Source: Candidatus Entotheonellaceae bacterium (GTDB lineage Bacteria > Tectomicrobia > Entotheonellia > Entotheonellales > Entotheonellaceae). From it: a stretch of 64,000 nt of DNA. Where the stretch lies: assembly GCA_965238075.1 (NCBI GenBank), contig OZ250173.1, forward strand, positions 1,536,001 through 1,600,000, given 5' to 3'. Of the stretch, positions 28,837 through 38,319 are shown one piece after another. The first letter of the stretch is position 1, and every line of letters begins with the position of its first letter. The position numbers and the translations under genes are program-made. Under the pieces are notes generated by a model. The model saw nothing but the letters and a program-made list of their open reading frames with translations, searched no databases and was not told the DNA's origin.

Positions 28837-29601
28837 GTGCTTGAAACGGAACTGCGAGCGTTCGTGGAGAAGCTGGCCGCAGCGAGTGGCGAGGTGATCC
28901 GGCCGTATTTTGCCAGCCCGGATCTGGACGTGGAGCTCAAGGGCGACCGCAGCCCGGTGACGCGAGCCGACCGCGAGGCGGAGGCGGTGATGCGGGAGTT
29001 GATCGGCAGGCATTACCCGCATCACGGCATCGTTGGGGAGGAATTCGGGACGGAGAACGACGGGGCGGAATTCGTGTGGGTGCTCGACCCGATCGACGGC
29101 ACCATCTCGTTTGCCAGCGGCTGCCCGTTGTTCGGCACGCTGATCGGCCTGCTGCACGAGGGCGAGCCGATGCTGGGGGCCATCCACCAGCCGATCCTGA
29201 AGCAATTGTGTGTCGGGGATAACGCGAGCGCCACGCTGAACGGACGAACCGTGCGGCTGCGGGAATGCCAGCGGCTGGACGAGGCCACCTTGCTGGCGAC
29301 CGATTTAGGCAACATCGCGCGGCATCAGAACTTCGAGCGCTTCGAGACGCTGCGGGGACGCACGCGGCTATTTCGCACCTGGGGGGACTGCTTCGGGTAT
29401 CTGCTGCTGGCCAGCGGCGGCGGCGACATCATGCTCGACCCCATCATGAACCCGTGGGACCTGCTGCCGTTGATCCCGGTCATCCGCGGCGCCGGCGGGG
29501 TCATCACCACGTGGACGGGAGGGGATGCCGCCAGCGGCGCGTCGTGCGTGGCGGCCAATGAGACCTTGCACCCGCAGGTCATCGAACTGCTGAACCGTTA
29601 A
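28837..29601 (+). CDS. hisN: Histidinol-phosphatase, inositol monophosphatase family
   Basis: SPVTRADREAE, GEEFG, WVLDPIDGT, WGDCFGY, PWD motifs. Confidence 0.8.
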   Translation: MLETELRAFVEKLAAASGEVIRPYFASPDLDVELKGDRSPVTRADREAEAVMRELIGRHYPHHGIVGEEFGTENDGAEFVWVLDPIDGTISFASGCPLFGTLIGLLHEGEPMLGAIHQPILKQLCVGDNASATLNGRTVRLRECQRLDEATLLATDLGNIARHQNFERFETLRGRTRLFRTWGDCFGYLLLASGGGDIMLDPIMNPWDLLPLIPVIRGAGGVITTWTGGDAASGASCVAANETLHPQVIELLNR

Positions 29602-29615
29602 GGGAGAGGATTATC

Positions 29616-30281
29616 ATGGACCTGGTTCACACCATCTACGAGCCGCCGGGTGACGGCCCGCACCCGACGCTGCTGGTCCTGCACGGCTGGGGGGCCAACG
29701 CCTTGGACCTGCTCGGCCTGGCGCCGCACCTGGCCGCCGGACGCTTTCTCGTCCTGTGCCCGCAGGGGCCGGTGCAAACGCCGCTGGGACCCGGCATGGT
29801 GGGCTACGGCTGGTACCCGCTAATTCCCGGCACGCCGCCCCAGCCGCAGCAACTGCGGACGGCGCGCGACCACATCCTGAATTTCCTCGACGCGGCGGCG
29901 GAACGCTACCCGATCGACCCCAAAAAGCTCGGCGTTGTTGGCTTCAGCCAAGGCGGCGTCATGGCCTATACCCTAGCCTTCGATGCGCCGGGACGTTTTG
30001 CCGCCCTCGCCGCCCTCAGCACCTGGTGCCCGCCCGAGGCGGTCGAAAACGTTGCCGACCCCGACACCCTGCGATACCTGCCCACCCTCGTCCAGCACGG
30101 CTCGCGCGACGAACTCGTCGCCGTCGACCGCGCCCGCGAATCGGTCGAAACCCTCCGCGCCCGGCGCCTTCCCCTCACCTACCGCGAATACGACATCGGC
30201 CATGAGATCAACGCCCGTAGCCTCGCGGACCTCTCAGAGTGGTTGCGCGACAACGTCATCTCGCCCGTCATTGCCGTCTAA
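29616..30281 (+). CDS. Phospholipase/carboxylesterase family hydrolase
   Basis: LHGWGAN, GFSQGG, HGSRD, GHEI. Confidence 0.88.
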   Translation: MDLVHTIYEPPGDGPHPTLLVLHGWGANALDLLGLAPHLAAGRFLVLCPQGPVQTPLGPGMVGYGWYPLIPGTPPQPQQLRTARDHILNFLDAAAERYPIDPKKLGVVGFSQGGVMAYTLAFDAPGRFAALAALSTWCPPEAVENVADPDTLRYLPTLVQHGSRDELVAVDRARESVETLRARRLPLTYREYDIGHEINARSLADLSEWLRDNVISPVIAV

Positions 30282-30346
30282 ATTCAGCGGCAAGTGGGGA
30301 GGCTCGCAGGACGGAGGATTAGAGCCACTTCGGTTCATAGCGGCTT

Positions 30347-30420
30347 GTCACTCCGGCGAAAGCCGGAGTCCAGAGGCACGCCGGAAAAATTACTGGATTC
30401 CGGGTCAAGCCCGGAATGAC
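30347..30420. repeat. Inverted pair of family C repeats
   Basis: gtcactccggcgaaagccggagtccag ... ctggattccgggtcaagcccggaatgac between convergent genes. Confidence 0.85.
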
Positions 30421-30493
30421 GCTGTAGGACATTGGATAATTCGTTACAGAATTGAGAATTCTGCGGCGCAGCGCAATCCGACATTCCATCCCG

Positions 30494-31252
30494 TCAGTGC
30501 GACAGAATCTGGCTCAAAAACAGACGAGTACGCTCGGATTTCGGTTGGTTGAAGAACGTCTCGGGCGGGCCCGCCTCGATGATTTCGCCGGCGTCCATGA
30601 ACACCACGCGGTTGGCGACCTGGCGGGCGAAGCCCATTTCGTGGGTGACGCACAGCATCGTCATGCCGGACTCGGCAAGGTCGATCATGACGTCGAGCAC
30701 CTCGGAGATCATTTCGGGGTCGAGTGCCGAGGTAGGCTCGTCGAAGAGCATGATGTTCGGCTGCATGCACAGCGAGCGGGCGATGGCCACCCGCTGCTGC
30801 TGCCCGCCGGAGAGTTGCCCCGGGTATTTGCCCGCCTGCTCGGGAATCCGCACCCGTTCCAGGTATTGCATGGCCAGTTCCTCGGCGTCGCGCTGCGGCC
30901 GCCCGCGCACCCACATGGGCGACAGGGTGCAGTTCTCCAGCACGGTCAGGTGCGGAAACAGGTTGAAGTGTTGGAACACCATTCCCACTTCCCGCCGCAC
31001 GGTATCGATATTCTTGAGATCGTTGGTTAATTCCACGCCGTCAACGACCAGGCGGCCCTGCTGGTGCTCCTCAAGCCGGTTGATGCAGCGGATCAGGGTG
31101 GACTTGCCGGAACCGGACGGCCCGCAAATGACAACCCGCTCCCCGCGCGCCACGTCCATGTTGATGTCGTTGAGCACGTGCAGTTGACCGTACCACTTGT
31201 GCAAGCCCTGCATGTGCACCATCGTTCCGGCACTGGCGGCAGATGCGACCAT
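30494..31252 (-). CDS. aapP: Amino-acid ABC transporter ATP-binding protein (AapP/BztD)
   Basis: [32 protein letters not shown]. Confidence 0.9.
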   Translation of the reverse strand: MVASAASAGTMVHMQGLHKWYGQLHVLNDINMDVARGERVVICGPSGSGKSTLIRCINRLEEHQQGRLVVDGVELTNDLKNIDTVRREVGMVFQHFNLFPHLTVLENCTLSPMWVRGRPQRDAEELAMQYLERVRIPEQAGKYPGQLSGGQQQRVAIARSLCMQPNIMLFDEPTSALDPEMISEVLDVMIDLAESGMTMLCVTHEMGFARQVANRVVFMDAGEIIEAGPPETFFNQPKSERTRLFLSQILSH

Positions 31253-31292
31253 GCGGATTCTCCTTCTTCAGTAGCGTCTCACGTCCAACTTT

Positions 31293-31331
31293 CCCCCTCA
31301 CCCCAACCCTCTCCCGCCAGGGGACAGGGGG
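31293..31331. repeat. Family A palindromic repeat
   Basis: ccccctcaccccaaccctctcccgccaggggacaggggg in the aapM-aapP spacer. Confidence 0.85.
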
Positions 31332-31353
31332 CCTTCAGCCCGCAAGAGGCGGT

Positions 31354-32427
31354 TCAGCGCTGCTGTCCGCTGCGGAACTGTGTTTCCAGGTATTGGCTGT
31401 ATTTCGACATGAAGAAGCACACCACGAAGTAAATCAACGCGATGAAGACGTAGCCCTCGACGAAAAACCGGCGCCATTGCGGGTCGGCGATGGCCTGGCG
31501 CATGGCCAGCAACAGGTCGGTGAGGCTGACGATGGCCACCAGCGAGGTATCCTTGAACAATCCGATAAAGATGTTAACGATGGCCGGGATGGCCACCGCA
31601 ATAGCCTGCGGCAGGATGATCTTGCGCTGCGCCTGCCAGTAGCTGAGGCCGAGGGCGTGCGCCGCCTCGTGCTGGCCCTTGGGAATCGCCTGCAGGCCGC
31701 CGCGCACCGCCTCGGCGAGGTAGGCCGCCGAGAACAGGATGATGGCCACCTGCGCCCGCAGGACCTCGTCGATGCGGACGCCGGTGGGCAGGAACAGCGG
31801 CAGCATGAAGGAGGCCATGAACAGCAGGCTGATGAGCGGCACGCCGCGAATGAGTTCGATGTAGACGCGGCACAGGATGCGGATCACCGGCATGCGCGAG
31901 CGCCGCCCGAGTGCCAGGAAGATCGACAGCGGAAAGGCGACGGCCAGGCCGATGACGGTGAGAATGAGCGTCAGCGGCAGTCCGCCCCACAGGTTGTTGG
32001 GCACGAACGTCAGCCCGGCAACGCCGCCCCACATCAGCAACAGCCACGCCGCCAAAGCCGCGACCCACGCCTCGGCCAGCCGCAGGCCCCAGGCGTTGCG
32101 GTTGCAACTGACGCCGATCATACCCACCAGCAGGACCAGGCCGAGCAGCGGACGCCATTGCTCCGCGTACGGGTAGCGCCCGAACAGGATGAGGCGATAC
32201 TTTTCGTGGATCACCGCCCAGCAGGCGCCGCTGGCCGCCTTGCAGACGTCGGGGTCGGCGGCGCCCCAGACGGCGTGCGCCACGCCCCAATCGAACAGCG
32301 GCGGCAGCGCCCTGACGAGCAGGAACAGCGCCAGCAGCGTCAGGATCGTATTGGACCAGCTGCTGAACAGGTTGGCCCGCAGCCAGGCAACGGCGCCGAG
32401 CCGCGGCGGGGCGGGTGCGGCGGCCAT
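31354..32427 (-). CDS. aapM: Amino-acid ABC transporter permease (AapM/BztC)
   Basis: WLRANLFSSW, GACW, WGGLPLT, RGVPLIS, FKDTSLV. Confidence 0.9.
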   Translation of the reverse strand: MAAAPAPPRLGAVAWLRANLFSSWSNTILTLLALFLLVRALPPLFDWGVAHAVWGAADPDVCKAASGACWAVIHEKYRLILFGRYPYAEQWRPLLGLVLLVGMIGVSCNRNAWGLRLAEAWVAALAAWLLLMWGGVAGLTFVPNNLWGGLPLTLILTVIGLAVAFPLSIFLALGRRSRMPVIRILCRVYIELIRGVPLISLLFMASFMLPLFLPTGVRIDEVLRAQVAIILFSAAYLAEAVRGGLQAIPKGQHEAAHALGLSYWQAQRKIILPQAIAVAIPAIVNIFIGLFKDTSLVAIVSLTDLLLAMRQAIADPQWRRFFVEGYVFIALIYFVVCFFMSKYSQYLETQFRSGQQR

Positions 32428-32429
32428 GC

Positions 32430-33605
32430 TCAGCGCTCCACCAGGGCAACGGTGCGGTCGTACACGTTCATCACCACGGAAATGGACAGGCTGATGGTCA
32501 GGTAAACGCCCATCATGATCGCGATGCACTCGATGGCCTGGCCGTTCTGGTTCAGTGACGTGTTGGTTATCGCCACCAGATCGGGATAGCCGATGGCCAC
32601 GGCCAGGGAGCTGTTCTTCGCCAGGTTGAGGTACTGGTTGGTGGTGGGCGGAATGACGATGCGCAGGGCCTGCGGCAGGATGACCAGGCGCAGGGCAGTG
32701 CCGCGGCGCAGCCCCAAGGCAGCGGCCGCCTCGCTCTGGCCGTGCGGCACCGCCTGAATGCCGCCGCGCACGTTTTCGGCAATGAAGGCGGCGGTGTACA
32801 GGACCAGCCCCGCCAGCAGCGAGAGAAATTCCGGCGTGATGCTGCTGCCGCCGCGAAAGGTGAAGCGCGTAAAGGCGGGCACGTCCAGCGCCGTCGGGGC
32901 GCCGCTGACCAGCCACACCAGCAGCGGCAGGCCGAGGACCAATCCCAGCGATGGCAGAATTAGTTTGGGCACCTGTCCGGTGGCTTCCTGGCGTCGTTTC
33001 GCCCAACCCCGGTAGCCCCACGCCAAGCCGCAGCCAATCACAAGCGCCGCCGCCATGTACGGGTGGCCGGGGTGCGGCACCGGCAACGGGAACATCAGCC
33101 CGCTCTTGCTCAGGTACACCCCCGGCAGCAGCTGCACCGCCTGGCGCACCGAGGGCAGCAGGCCGGTGATCATCGTGTACCAGAAGAAAAGCTGCAAAAG
33201 CAGCGGCACGTTGCGCACCATCTCGACGTACAGCGACGCCAGCCGTACCACCAGCCAGTTACGCGACAGCCGGGCCATGCCCACCAACACGCCAATGAGC
33301 GTGGCGAGCACGATGCCCAACACGGACACCCGCAGCGTGTTCAGGATGCCGACAACGTAGGCGCGTCCGTAGCTACTCGAGGCATCGTAGGGGATGACGC
33401 TCTCGCCGATGCGGAAGCCCGCCTCACGGCTCAGGAACCCGAAGCCGGTGCGGATCGAGCGCTCCTCCAGATTGGCCAGGGTGTTGGAGACGAGGTACGC
33501 CCCGATGGCGATGACAAGCAGCAGCGCAGCGGCCTGGTACAGCACCAGCCGGAAGCGCTGGTTACGCCAGATCGCGGCGGGCGCGGGTGTCGCTGGAGAA
33601 ATCAT
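32430..33605 (-). CDS. aapQ: Amino-acid ABC transporter permease (AapQ/BztB)
   Basis: GFGFL, RNVPLLLQLFFWY, YLNLAKNSSLAVAIGYPD. Confidence 0.9.
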   Translation of the reverse strand: MISPATPAPAAIWRNQRFRLVLYQAAALLLVIAIGAYLVSNTLANLEERSIRTGFGFLSREAGFRIGESVIPYDASSSYGRAYVVGILNTLRVSVLGIVLATLIGVLVGMARLSRNWLVVRLASLYVEMVRNVPLLLQLFFWYTMITGLLPSVRQAVQLLPGVYLSKSGLMFPLPVPHPGHPYMAAALVIGCGLAWGYRGWAKRRQEATGQVPKLILPSLGLVLGLPLLVWLVSGAPTALDVPAFTRFTFRGGSSITPEFLSLLAGLVLYTAAFIAENVRGGIQAVPHGQSEAAAALGLRRGTALRLVILPQALRIVIPPTTNQYLNLAKNSSLAVAIGYPDLVAITNTSLNQNGQAIECIAIMMGVYLTISLSISVVMNVYDRTVALVER

Positions 33606-33639
33606 CGCGTGCGGTTTCCAGGGCGCGTGCGGAGCGGAT

Positions 33640-34662
33640 TCAGCGCAGCGGCATGGCGTACATCAGGCCGCCCTGCGTCCACAGGCGGTTGGAACCCGTG
33701 CGCGCCAGGCCGATCGGCAGCACGTTGCGGCGGTAGATCTCGCCGTAGTTGCCAACGGCCTGGATCGCCTGCACCGCCCAGGCATTGCCGAGCCCGAGTT
33801 TCGTGCCCATGTCGCCCGAGACACCCAGCAGACGCTTCACCACTGGGTCTTGGCTGTCCATCATGGACGCCACGTTGGCCTGCGTCACGCCCTTCTCTTC
33901 CGCCTCGATCAGCGCGTAGACGAGCCACTTGACGATGGTGAACCAATCGTCGTCACCGCGCCGCACCACTGGGCCCAGGGGCTCCTTGGAGATGGTTTCG
34001 GGCAGGATCACATAGTCGTCGGGGTTCGGCGCATCGACCGCCTGGATGGCGGCGAGGCCGGAGCGGTCGGCGGTGTAGACCTGGCAACGGCCGTTGAAGA
34101 ACGTCGATATGGATTCCTCCAGGCTCTCGAAGACGACGGGCTTGAACTCCATGTTGTTGGCGCGGAAGTAATCGGCCAGGTTGAGCTCCGTCGTGGTGCC
34201 GGCTTGCACGCACACCTCGGCGCCGTCGAGCTCGGTAGCGCTCTGCACGCCGAGGTCGGCGGGCACCATGAAGCCCTGGCCGTCGTAGAACGTCACGCCG
34301 GCGAACATCAGGCCGAGGGAGGCATCACGCGTCAGCGTCCAGGTGGTATTGCGGCTGAGCAGGTCGACCTCGCCCGATTGCAGGGCGGTGAAGCGCTGCT
34401 GGGCGGAAAGGGGCACGAAGGTCACCTTTGCGGCGTCACCGAGCACCGCGGCGGCCAGGCCGCGGCAGAAATCGGCGTCGAGGCCGCTCCAGTTGCCGGC
34501 GCTGTCGGCGATGGCAAAGCCGGCAACGCCGGTGCTGACGCCGCAGCGTACGTCGCCGCGCGCCCTGACGGCATCGAGGGTTTTGCCCGCGTGTGCTGAG
34601 CCGGTCAGCACGGCCACCGTGAAGGCGATGAGCAGACAAGCGTAGAGAGTCCTGTTACGCAT
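33640..34662 (-). CDS. aapJ: Amino-acid ABC transporter substrate-binding protein (AapJ/BztA)
   Basis: Signal peptide; RFTALQSGEVDLLSRNTTWT, YDGQGF, ISKEPLGP, VGNYGEI. Confidence 0.92.
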   Translation of the reverse strand: MRNRTLYACLLIAFTVAVLTGSAHAGKTLDAVRARGDVRCGVSTGVAGFAIADSAGNWSGLDADFCRGLAAAVLGDAAKVTFVPLSAQQRFTALQSGEVDLLSRNTTWTLTRDASLGLMFAGVTFYDGQGFMVPADLGVQSATELDGAEVCVQAGTTTELNLADYFRANNMEFKPVVFESLEESISTFFNGRCQVYTADRSGLAAIQAVDAPNPDDYVILPETISKEPLGPVVRRGDDDWFTIVKWLVYALIEAEEKGVTQANVASMMDSQDPVVKRLLGVSGDMGTKLGLGNAWAVQAIQAVGNYGEIYRRNVLPIGLARTGSNRLWTQGGLMYAMPLR

Positions 34663-34763
34663 TGCGATCCTTCCAGTGAATGTTGCTCGAAATGTTCGGA
34701 TGGATAAAGCCGGGCTTCGTGGAGTTCCTTCACTGTGAATAAGGCGGGGTGTGAAGTCAACCG

Positions 34764-36020
34764 CTAAAGTGGTCGGAGCCGATTGCGCCGCGGCGCCGCC
34801 AGCCATAGCCCCAGGCAGCCGAGCGCGCAGATGAGGACGGTGAGCACGAAGGCGCCGTGGTAGCCGCCGTGCTGGTCGTACCAGTAGCCACCGAGCCACA
34901 CGCCGCCAAAACCGCCGACGCCCCAGCCCAGTTCCAGGACGCCCAGGATCGTGCCTAGATGGCGCGCCGGAAACAGGTCCGCAGTGGCCGCCGCCTGTAC
35001 TGAGCCGTGTACGCCGTAGCCGAGTCCGAAGCCGATGGCATAGCCGTAAAGCCACCATAGCGCGGCGGGTGGGTGCAGGCCCGCCAGGCAGCCGATGCCG
35101 GCCATACACAGCACGGTGCCAACGGTGTAAATCGGCTCGCGTCCCAAACGGTCGGACAGGTTACCCCACAGGGTGCTACTGATCGCCCGCAGCAGGCCGG
35201 TGAGGCCGATCACAGAAGCGGCCAGCAAGTCGGCGAAGCCGTTGTCCACCATGTGGGCGAGCTGGTGCACGCTGGTGATGTTCGACAACCAGCCGATGCT
35301 GCATACCGAAACGAACAGGTACCAGAAGCGGGCGGTACGCAGGGTGTCCAGCAGATGCGAGATGCCAAAGAGCGCCGGGGCGGGCGTTGCGGCAAGCGGC
35401 GGGTCTGCGGCGGCGCCCTCGGGATGCAGGCCGATATCCTGCGGGCGATGACGCTGACAGAGTGCGTTCAGTGGGGCCAGAATCAGGATCGTCGCCACGC
35501 CAAGGGCGGTGTAGGTCCAGCGCCAGCCGTGCAGATCGACGAGATACTGCGTCAGCGGCACGATGACCAGAGCCCCCAGGCTGGCGCCGCCGAGGACCAG
35601 GCCAGCGGCGGTGCCGCGGCGCCGTTCGAACCATAGGGAGACCAGTGCCAGATGCGGCGCGAATCCCGCCAGATTGAACCCTTGTGCCGCCAGCAGGCCC
35701 CAGCCGAGGCACAGGTGCCACGCCGTCGTCGCCTGCGCGGTAACGATGAGGCCGGTGCCCATGAACAAGGCGCCAAGCGGAAACAGCCAGCGCGGCCCGT
35801 AGGCGTCGAACAGCCGCCCGGCCAGCCAAGCAGTGACGGCGTAGCTGATCAGGCCGATGGAAAAAGGCAGGGAGGCGGTCGTGCGGCTCCAGCCGAACTC
35901 CGAGACGATGGCGGCGAAAAGCACGCCGGAGGCGAAGTAGATGCCGACGATGATCATCATGGTAAAACTGGCAATGGCGACGATGATCCAGCCGTAGTAG
36001 AAGCGGGACGCGCGTTGCAT
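34764..36020 (-). CDS. MFS transporter (oxalate/monocarboxylate-like)
   Basis: FYYGWIIV, GRLFDAYGPR, LSDRLGR; multi-TM pattern. Confidence 0.85.
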   Translation of the reverse strand: MQRASRFYYGWIIVAIASFTMMIIVGIYFASGVLFAAIVSEFGWSRTTASLPFSIGLISYAVTAWLAGRLFDAYGPRWLFPLGALFMGTGLIVTAQATTAWHLCLGWGLLAAQGFNLAGFAPHLALVSLWFERRRGTAAGLVLGGASLGALVIVPLTQYLVDLHGWRWTYTALGVATILILAPLNALCQRHRPQDIGLHPEGAAADPPLAATPAPALFGISHLLDTLRTARFWYLFVSVCSIGWLSNITSVHQLAHMVDNGFADLLAASVIGLTGLLRAISSTLWGNLSDRLGREPIYTVGTVLCMAGIGCLAGLHPPAALWWLYGYAIGFGLGYGVHGSVQAAATADLFPARHLGTILGVLELGWGVGGFGGVWLGGYWYDQHGGYHGAFVLTVLICALGCLGLWLAAPRRNRLRPL

Positions 36021-36104
36021 AGAGGGTTCCATCGAATAGAATAGGAAAGGACAACGGGCTACCTAAGGAAGCACGAAATCTACCAAGGTCACGAAGGAAC
36101 AGAT

Positions 36105-37106
36105 ATGGGCGTTGAACGTCGCTACATGGTGTATGGCATCGGCAATGGCATTGTCGACCGGCAGGTTAAGGTGACGGACGATGAGCTGCAAGCCTTGCAA
36201 CTCAGCAAGGGCCGTATGGAACTGACCGACGCGCGGAAGCAGGCGGGCATTCTGGCGCACCTCGGCAACCGGGAAGGCGAACTGCACGCCGGCGGCTCGG
36301 CGGCCAACACGATTGTGGGCATCGCCCAGATGGGCGGCAAGGCGGCGTATGCGTGCTCGCTGGCCGAGGACGATGCCGGGCAGCACTACCGGTCGGAGTT
36401 CGCGCAGTTCGGCATTCACTTGACCGGTACCGACAAGCCGGACGACACCACCGGCCTGTGCCTCGTGCTGGTGACGCCCGACGGCGAGCGCACCATGAAG
36501 ACCTGCCTCGGCGCCTCGGCCCAACTGGGTCCCGACGATGTCGACGAAGCCACCGTAGCGGCGTCTCAGTGGGTGTATCTGGAGGGTTACCTGCTGGCGG
36601 GCGAGGCCACGCGGGCGGCGAGCTTTCACGCCATGGACCTGGCACGGCGGCACGGCACCCGCATCGCCTTTTCGTTCTCCGACCGATTCGTGGTGGAGGC
36701 GTTCGGCGATGACCTGAAGAAGATCGTCTCGACATACGCCGACTTGGTTTTCGCTAACGAATCCGAGACTGAGGCGTATACCGGGGTGAACGATCCGCAG
36801 GCGTCGCTCGCGGCGTTGCTGGACGAGTGCGCCAACGTCTGTGTGACGTGCAGCGAACGCGGTTCCTACGTGCATCTGAACGGCGAACGACACTACGTGC
36901 CGGCGTTGAAAACACAGGCCATCGACATGACCGGTGCCGGCGACATCTACGCCGCCGGCGTCCTGTACGGCATTTCAAGCGGCGGCGCGCCTGAGCGAGC
37001 GGCACGTCTGGGAGCGCGGGTGGCTTACGACGTTGTCCGCCAGATGGGCGCCCGTCTGGAAGGCGACCTCACCGGCATCGCCAACGACATCCTGTCCGGC
37101 TCCTGA
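36105..37106 (+). CDS. PfkB-family kinase (adenosine kinase-like)
   Basis: GIGNGIVD, GGSAANT, YLEGY, DMTGAGD. Confidence 0.85.
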   Translation: MGVERRYMVYGIGNGIVDRQVKVTDDELQALQLSKGRMELTDARKQAGILAHLGNREGELHAGGSAANTIVGIAQMGGKAAYACSLAEDDAGQHYRSEFAQFGIHLTGTDKPDDTTGLCLVLVTPDGERTMKTCLGASAQLGPDDVDEATVAASQWVYLEGYLLAGEATRAASFHAMDLARRHGTRIAFSFSDRFVVEAFGDDLKKIVSTYADLVFANESETEAYTGVNDPQASLAALLDECANVCVTCSERGSYVHLNGERHYVPALKTQAIDMTGAGDIYAAGVLYGISSGGAPERAARLGARVAYDVVRQMGARLEGDLTGIANDILSGS

Positions 37107-37133
37107 GCCACTCTGCATCCAGTTTGGCAAAAT

Positions 37134-37163
37134 GTCGGATTACGCTTCGCTGATCCGACCTAC
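37134..37163. repeat. GTAG-type REP palindrome (family D), supplies the TAG stop of the GNAT gene
   Basis: gtcggattacgcttcgctgatccgacctac. Confidence 0.8.
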
Positions 37164-38281
37164 ACCGGCTTTTCATACAACCGATACCGCTTGTATGCTC
37201 GCGCCCCCAACTCCTCCATCACCCGGATGATCAGCGTGTTGTCCTCCAACACCCACGCCGCCTCGCCGTGCAGCAGGCCGAGCTTCGCCCCCTGCTCCCA
37301 CAACTCCCCGTACAGCAGCAGGTCGATGCCAAGCCGCCGGTGTTTCTTCCGCACGCCGGCGAGGGCGATGCGGACGGTATTGGTGCGGCGCCGGGCGATG
37401 AGGAAGCGCGCCAGGCCCCACGGCGTCAGGTGACCGTTCATGTGCCGGAGACCGCGGTTGAGGTCGGGAATGGCGACCAGACAGCCGACTGCCTTGCCAT
37501 CGATTTCGGCCAGCAGGGTGAGTTCGGGAATGACCGCCAGCTTCAGTTCCTTGGCCATGTGCCGCGCCTCGGCGTCGGTGGTCGGCACGAAGCCCCAGTT
37601 GTCGCTCCAGGCGTCGTTGTACACCTCGGTGATGCGCCGCACGTCGGCGGCAAAGTCCTTCATGTTGGCGTGACGGACGGTAATGTTGCCGCGGCGCTGG
37701 CGGCGGGCGATAGCCTCCCGCACGCGCGGGTCGGGGTCGGGCCAGCGGTGGCGATAGAAGGCCAGCAGGTCCTTACACTTGCTGAACCCGGCGGCCTCGA
37801 TGAAAGCGGCGTAGCACGGCGGATTGTACGCCGAGTGGAAGATGGGCGAGGCACCGAAACCCTCGACCAGCAGGCCCATGTCCAGCTCGTTGCTGGATAG
37901 GTTCACCGGACCGCGCATGAAGGTTGCGCCGCGTTCGCGCACCCATGCAGCGGCGGCGTCGAGCAGAGCGGCGGCGGCGCCTGGGCAATCCGGCATGCAC
38001 TCGAAGAACCCGAAAAATCCCGCTTTTTCGTTGTGGTACTGATCGTGCGCCTCGTTGATCACGGCGGCGACGCGGCCCACCGGACGGCTGCCGTCGTGTG
38101 CCAGGAACAACTGCACCTGGGCGTGTTGGAAAAAGGGATTCTTGCGCGGATTGAGGAACGCCTTGCGATCCATGATGAGCGGCGGCACCCAGAAGTGGTC
38201 GCCGGCGTAGACCTGCCACGGGAATTTGATGAAAGCCTTGGTATCGCCAGGTTGCAGCGGCGTGATGGTGATGGACGGCAT
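37160..38281 (-). CDS. YghO-like GNAT acyltransferase; candidate bacterial ceramide synthase (bCerS)
   Basis: FIKFPW.VY...WVPPL, NPFF.HA, GFFGFFEC, YNP.CY, YNDAWSDNWGFVP, WVLEDN; directly downstream of an SPT-like gene. Confidence 0.75.
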   Translation of the reverse strand: MPSITITPLQPGDTKAFIKFPWQVYAGDHFWVPPLIMDRKAFLNPRKNPFFQHAQVQLFLAHDGSRPVGRVAAVINEAHDQYHNEKAGFFGFFECMPDCPGAAAALLDAAAAWVRERGATFMRGPVNLSSNELDMGLLVEGFGASPIFHSAYNPPCYAAFIEAAGFSKCKDLLAFYRHRWPDPDPRVREAIARRQRRGNITVRHANMKDFAADVRRITEVYNDAWSDNWGFVPTTDAEARHMAKELKLAVIPELTLLAEIDGKAVGCLVAIPDLNRGLRHMNGHLTPWGLARFLIARRRTNTVRIALAGVRKKHRRLGIDLLLYGELWEQGAKLGLLHGEAAWVLEDNTLIIRVMEELGARAYKRYRLYEKPV

Positions 38282-38319
38282 GAGTCGCCTTCAGCGCATC
38301 AGAACAGTGAGCGGGTGTG